Assembly: GCA_964016885.1 (NCBI GenBank)
Contig: OZ024741.1
Span: forward strand, 63,984,001-64,048,000
Reading direction: 5' to 3'
Source: Eledone cirrhosa
Lineage: Eukaryota
DNA length: 64,000 nt
Each line of letters opens with the position of its first letter. Within the stretch, counting starts at the first letter, position 1. The notes below the pieces were generated by a model that saw only the letters and a program-made list of their open reading frames with translations, made no database searches and was not told the origin of the DNA. Shown piece after piece: positions 58,293 to 64,000 of the stretch. The position numbers were made by a program, and so were the translations under genes.

Positions 58293-58455
58293 ATGTATAA
58301 ACAACTATCTGGTTGTGGAACCAACCAACCAACCAGAAATTTATAAATTTATTATAATAAATTGAAGTGAAAGCAACTGGTGCGTGTGTTTCTTATTGGC
58401 AACATGACCCTCCCAAAGTATAACAACATATATATATATATATACATATATATAC

Positions 58456-58528
<73 letters not shown>

Positions 58529-58607
58529 ATCTCTTTCTCTTAATTTCGAGTATATTTTTTTGACCGGTCACCATCCTGGTGGCAAGGTTGTAAAAGAAAA
58601 AAAATTG

Positions 58608-59139
58608 TCATCCCTTGAATTGCAAGAATGTTTTGCAAATTTTGAAGGTGCCAGCTATCGCAGCCATTTGTAGACTATGAATTAGGGAGCTGCGCTTTTT
58701 GTCCGCAAATCCAAGTTCAGTCATACTTTGGTCCAAGCGGGTTGGTATATAACCCGTAGCTCCAATAATGATGGGTATGAAGCTAAAGGTGTATCTTGGA
58801 TACTGGATTTGTAAACTCCTCATCAATGGTCCGTAGATGTCCTCCTTCTCCTGTATTTTTCTGACAACGTTTACATCAAGTGGGCAGCTGATCTCCACAA
58901 CAGAACACGTTTTCAATGTGTGGTCCCAAACAACAATATCAGGCCGGTTGTGCTTTAATTTGGTTGCAGTTTTTATTTTCAGGTTCCACCAGTATTCCTT
59001 AGTGCCATCTGTCTCAATATATTCTTCCTCGTTTGTTGTTAATTTTGTTTTCCGAAGTGCGTTCCAGATGGTTCTAGCTATCCCATCGTGTCTCATGGGG
59101 AGGTAGTAGCGAGATGACATTATTTCGCAGCTGGCAACA

Positions 59140-59142
<3 letters not shown>
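58608..59142 (-). mobile_element. R4-type LINE 3' fragment (restriction-like endonuclease domain)
   Basis: [45 protein letters not shown]. Confidence 0.85.
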
Positions 59143-59172
<30 letters not shown>

Positions 59173-59202
59173 TGTATGTATGTATGTATGTATGTATGTA
59201 TG

Positions 59203-59288
<86 letters not shown>

Positions 59289-59402
59289 CACTAAGACTTA
59301 TTAAAATAATATAAACAATTCACTATCCAGATGGCTTCCAAAAATAATGGTTGCATTTTAAAAGGGTACGTCAAAGCTTATTTGTAAAACTGTTATATAT
59401 TG

Positions 59403-59467
59403 TATTTTGTCTGATGAAGGCATACCATAATTTAATTTGGTATCCCTGAAATATGTATAATGAAATA
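59403..59467 (+). ncRNA. Minimal hammerhead, same family as 5058
   Basis: TATTTTGT-CTGATGA-AGGCATACCA/TGGTATCCCT-GAAA-TATGTA-TA^-ATGAAATA. Confidence 0.65.
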
Positions 59468-60074
59468 AATATGGTTTTATAAATATAGTTTCCATTTATT
59501 AATATCGTATATATATATATATATATGGGAACGAGTAGGACCCCGACGGCTGAGCTCAAGCCGTTTCGACGGCTAATTCTGGACTAGAATTCCAGAATTA
59601 GCCGTCGAAAAGGCTTGAGCTCAGCCGTCGGGGTCCTACTCGTTCCTATTACCCACTCTACTACCCTAAGTATTGAGTACTTTGGTACGTTATGGTCCAC
59701 CTGGTTCCTTACCACATTTCCTCCGTTATATATATATATATATTACCCACTCTACTATATATATATATATTACCCACTCTACTATATATATATATAATAC
59801 CCACTCTACTACCCTAAGTATTGAGTACTTTGGTGCGTTATGGTCCACCTGGTTCCTTACCACATTTCCTCCGTTATATATATATATATATATATATAGT
59901 TGACACGGAGAAAAGGATTCTTTGAAATAAAAAATGTATGTTTGAAATAAATGAGAGACGAAATATTATAAACGTTATGAAAGAACGATGTATGATATAT
60001 ATATATATATACTTACATTTAAATAAGTGCCATACTAAGAGTGAGAAATGAAATTTCGTTTTCATTTTTTTCAA

Positions 60075-60126
<52 letters not shown>

Positions 60127-60214
60127 GAAAGAACGATGTATGATCGTCTGCTATTTCCTACATTAGACATAGAGAGAGAGAGTAGTATGAGATAGTCATA
60201 ACAACAGTGGTAGC

Positions 60215-60414
60215 NNNNNNNNNNNNNNNNNNNNNNNNNNNNNNNNNNNNNNNNNNNNNNNNNNNNNNNNNNNNNNNNNNNNNNNNNNNNNNNNNNNNNN
60301 NNNNNNNNNNNNNNNNNNNNNNNNNNNNNNNNNNNNNNNNNNNNNNNNNNNNNNNNNNNNNNNNNNNNNNNNNNNNNNNNNNNNNNNNNNNNNNNNNNNN
60401 NNNNNNNNNNNNNN
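60215..60414. other. Assembly gap
   Basis: Run of N. Confidence 0.99.
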
Positions 60415-60649
60415 TTTCACATCACGCGATCTATCTGTATCTCACTCGTTGATATGACTCACAGCATACTACCTCTCTCTCTCTCCTCTCTCTAGAAATT
60501 TTATAAAATCAAAGAACAACAACATACACACACGCACACACATTCACATCAGCGTGTTGAAAGAAATCCAAATCGCTTCATGTTTTTCTTTCACTCTCTC
60601 TTTCTATATATATATCTATAGTATAGATATACCGGAAGTATTGCAATTT

Positions 60650-60842
60650 GAATCTTTTAAAAAACGTGAATCTTTAAATAAGCAATAAAATTTATATTTA
60701 ATAAAAAGTTACGAAATTTAGTAGATAAATTATGTAACATCCATTCGTTATTTATTCAAAGTAATCAAACTTATTTTACAAACGGGATAAAAATATATAT
60801 TCTGGACGCAGTCCCGCACTCCATTCTTTATTATAGGTAAGA
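60650..60842 (-). mobile_element. Helitron 5' terminal region
   Basis: Minus strand starts A|TCTTACCTATAATAAA; homologous to 3578-3764. Confidence 0.65.
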
Positions 60843-61559
60843 TCTAGAGGGGTACTCACCCATTCTGGTACCTTTCAAGGAAAACAACAATGATTAATCT
60901 TTGGTACAGAATACAAAGTGACGATTGAATTGATCTCAGTATATATATATTCTGTTATGAAGAAAGCCTACAGGTAGGTAAAAGGTAACGTGAGCTTAAT
61001 TCTTGGTGAAATCGATAGAGCCCATCACTCTCAATTTCTGAATAAAACTGGTTTCTTCAAGATAAGGAGAGAAAGAGCAAGATAGAAAAAATCGACCTTA
61101 TTAGTGAATCCTGTAAGCCGGAACAAATCTCGAAGCATTTTTAATCCATCGCCCTGACGTCTCTCCCAAATCGCCGCCTTGAGTTTCATTTTACTGAATT
61201 CTAAATGAAAGAAAATCATTAAAGTGATAAATATGAAGGGACAACCAATACAGTAGACGAAAATAAAGGAGGTAAAATATAGATTTCAGACAAGGGTTAG
61301 CAATCCACAATACTATATTCACAAAGAGAAGTGGACAGGTGTATACTTAGTAATCACAAGACTACAAAGATACGATAATTCAATGTAAAAGTTTGTGTAT
61401 TCAGAAAGGAAGATAAATGATAAAACGTTGAAGCAGAAATGAATTAAAATCAGTATGAAGAGAAAGTATGAGGGAGGGGTCATAAATGGAATGCATCACC
61501 TGTTCAATTTGTCAGGGAAACAAAAGACGGCAGATTAATTCACACACACGCACACACAG

Positions 61560-61598
<39 letters not shown>

Positions 61599-61599
61599 A

Positions 61600-64000
61600 T
61601 GGAAAAATTTGAACAGGGACAAAACAGAGAGGCAGTACAACGAATGTTTATTAATTTCACGCTCTGGAGAGTGGGATGTTGGTGGGGGACGACGTTTCGG
61701 GCATAAGCCCTTCCTCAGGTGAGAAGTGTGTGGGAACAGAGTTCAAAGGGTGTGTAGGGGAGTGGTGGAGAGACATATAGCGAAAGGAAACGGTGCGAAT
61801 GAAAAAAATAAAAATAAAATTAAATATAAAAGCATGATCAAAATAAACTGAAATTAAAAGGGTAAAACAGGTGGTGGAAGGGTGTGGGTGTGTAGGGGTG
61901 GTGGCGGGTGGAGTGGGGAGAGGGAGACGGGGTGTCCGAGCGGGGAGGGCTGAAGGTGGTGTGTGTGTGTAGGTGTACGTGTGTGTGTGTATATGTGAAA
62001 GTAAGGGTTGGGGGAAGAACGGGGTTGCATGTTCAGGAAGAGGTGTGGGGGGGGGGGTCGGAGTGTCTGTGCGTGTGTGGATAGAGGGGGGGAATCAGGA
62101 GGCTGAGGGTGTAAATATGTGGTGGAAAGCACGCGTGTGTGGGGTTTAAGCGTGTTGTGGGTGTAGGTGGCGTGTGGAGAAAAAAATTGTTGGGGGGTGT
62201 GTGGGTGGGTGAGTTATATAGGTGATTACGTAAGAGGATGGTTGAAAAGTTGGTAAAATCCGAAGGTGTTTAGTGGATTCTGTGGTGGTCAATTTCTGCG
62301 TGCGAGTATTCCATGAAGCGATGGTCGGAAGAGGAGAGATGTGGGTTGCGCGCGCAACAGGAAGTGGTCAAACAGTGGGAGTGCTGTGTGTCTGTTTGTG
62401 CTGGGAGGTGGTCAGAGGGAATAGCAGCAGTCGGTGGAATTGGTAAAGGGGCGAGGATGGGTAGGTGTGAAAGTTAGAGTGAGGAGGGTGTGTGTGTGTG
62501 TATTAGTAGAGATGTTAGTGGGATGAGTGAGTGTGGAGCGAGGGTGTGGGTGGAGCGGGGAGAGAAGGGTGTGTGTGGTTCTATGGAGGGAGTGTGGTGT
62601 ACTGGTGTGTGTGTAGTTTGATGAAGGGGTGTTAGTGGGTGTTAGTATACGGGAGGTGGGGAGGGGTTGAATGCAGGTGTGAGTGGGGGTTAGTGGTGGT
62701 AGGGTGTGTAGAGTTGGTGGTGTACGAGGGTGTGTGGGTACGTGTGCGTGGGGTTGGGGGGTGTTAGTGATGTTAGTTGCGTGTGGGGTGGGTGGTGTAA
62801 GTGGGTGCGTGTGTTCGTGTGCTTGGGGTTAGGGGGTGTTAGTGAGGTTAGTTGCGGGGTGGTGGGATGGAGGTGTGGGGTGAGAGGTGTGGGGGTGAGG
62901 GTTAGTGGTGGTAGTAGGGTGTGTGTTTAGTGTGAGCGCGTGTATATATGTGCCGGTGGGTGTGTGCGTGTGATAAGGAGGGGGAGGAGGAGAAGAAGGG
63001 AGGGATGTTAGTATGTTAGTTGGGGAAGGGTGGTCAGATGAGGGGTGGAGTGGAGGTGTTAGTATTGTTAGTTGTGGGGTGGGCGGTGAAAAGGAGGGGT
63101 GTGTTAGTGGGGGATAAGTGTGGGGGGAGGGGGGCGGTCGAAGGCTAAAGGAATAAGGGTGGGGAGTTCAGGCCGGGAGCAGTGTGGGTCTGTAAGATGA
63201 AGATATTTCGTTGTTCGACCTAAGGCGATTGGCGGGTGTTCCGTGGCACTGGAGTAGCCACAGACTGTGAGATGGCGTGCGGAATGTCCAGGGCCACCAA
63301 AGTGGCGGGCGATGGGGGAACTACCCCGAGACGAATATCCCGGAGGTGCTCAGTGAATCGGTCCACCAGGCGACGTCCAGTCTATCCGTAGACTAGGTTG
63401 GAGGAGGTGCAGCGGAAGGCATGCCGGACAGAGAGCGAGTGGCCGTTGGGACCCTGGAAGGTGGTGGTGTTGGTGATGTGGGGACAGGTGTTGCAGCGGG
63501 GCCTAGAACAGGGAAAGGAACCGGAGGGGGGAACAGAGCGTGGGTTGGGGGTAGGGAGCTGTGGACGAGGAGGGTGCGGAGATTGCGTGCGCGTTTGAAG
63601 GAGGGGAGTGGTGGGGTTGGGAAGATGTGGGAGGTGGAGGGGTCTGACTGGAGGCGTCGGAAGAGGCGGCGGATGGTGCGGTGGAGGGGTGGTAGGTGAT
63701 GGGGAAGGGGAGACGGTGGGTGGGTGTGCGGTGGCGTGGGGTGAGGGTGGTGGAGCGGGGGACAGCACGGGCGCGGGTGAGAGCGGTGTGGACGAGAGAG
63801 GGGGGTAACCTCTGCGGATGAAATGGCTGACTAGGGAAAGGGCCTGGGACTCAAGTCAGCATCTCGGCTACAGAGGCGGCGGATCCTGAGAAGTTGGGAG
63901 TAGGGAATGGAGTGTTTAGTGTGGGTGGGTGGGAAGAGGTGAAGTCGAGGTAAGAGTGGGAGTCGGTAGGTTTGAAGAAGGCGGAGGTGACGAGGGAGTG
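61600..64000 (-). mobile_element. Neptune-like PLE, 3' part (RT C-terminus, decayed GIY-YIG, long C-rich 3' region); continues past the window
   Basis: FKPTDSHSYLDFTSSHP..YSQLLRIRRLCS..RGYP; CSRPRCNTCPHI..FRCTSSNLVY..TGRRLVDRFTEHLRDI..IARHF. Confidence 0.85.
61684..61722 (-). ncRNA. Minimal hammerhead at the PLE 3' end
   Basis: Minus strand: CTGAGGA-AGGGC-TTAT-GCCC-GAAAC-GTC-GTC^. Stem I is weak. Confidence 0.65.

Larger units (their letters stand above)
56720..58426. mobile_element. Head-to-head palindromic pair of 5'-truncated PLEs (GIY-YIG plus pLTR in each arm)
   Basis: 56784-57606 is inverted relative to 57622-58426, centred on TACGTA at 57607-57612. Confidence 0.9.

Noticed and set aside
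61031-61219. 62-aa ORF with an acceptor-like site
   Set aside because: No recognisable domain.

Overview
AT-rich, repeat-saturated metazoan DNA, probably from an octopod/cephalopod (inferred from the SINE family and the dense (TA)n tracts). I could not support any host gene, and most ORFs in the track are microsatellite artefacts. The window is a transposon graveyard: L1/Tx1, CR1-type, RTE and R4-type LINE relics, about 20 tRNA-derived SINE copies, MITEs, a broken Helitron with a small non-autonomous relative, and at least 7 Penelope-like element (PLE) fragments with GIY-YIG endonuclease. Four of those fragments are Naiad-like. The most notable signals are (i) many minimal type I hammerhead ribozymes (HHRs) from unrelated families, (ii) a very young non-coding 465-bp HHR-containing tandem array with an inverted lead copy at 31607-32989, resembling a retrozyme or circular-RNA producer, and (iii) many fold-back palindromes next to (TA)n, several carrying only the 3' half of a hammerhead. 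Coordinates were read by eye and may be off by a few bases.
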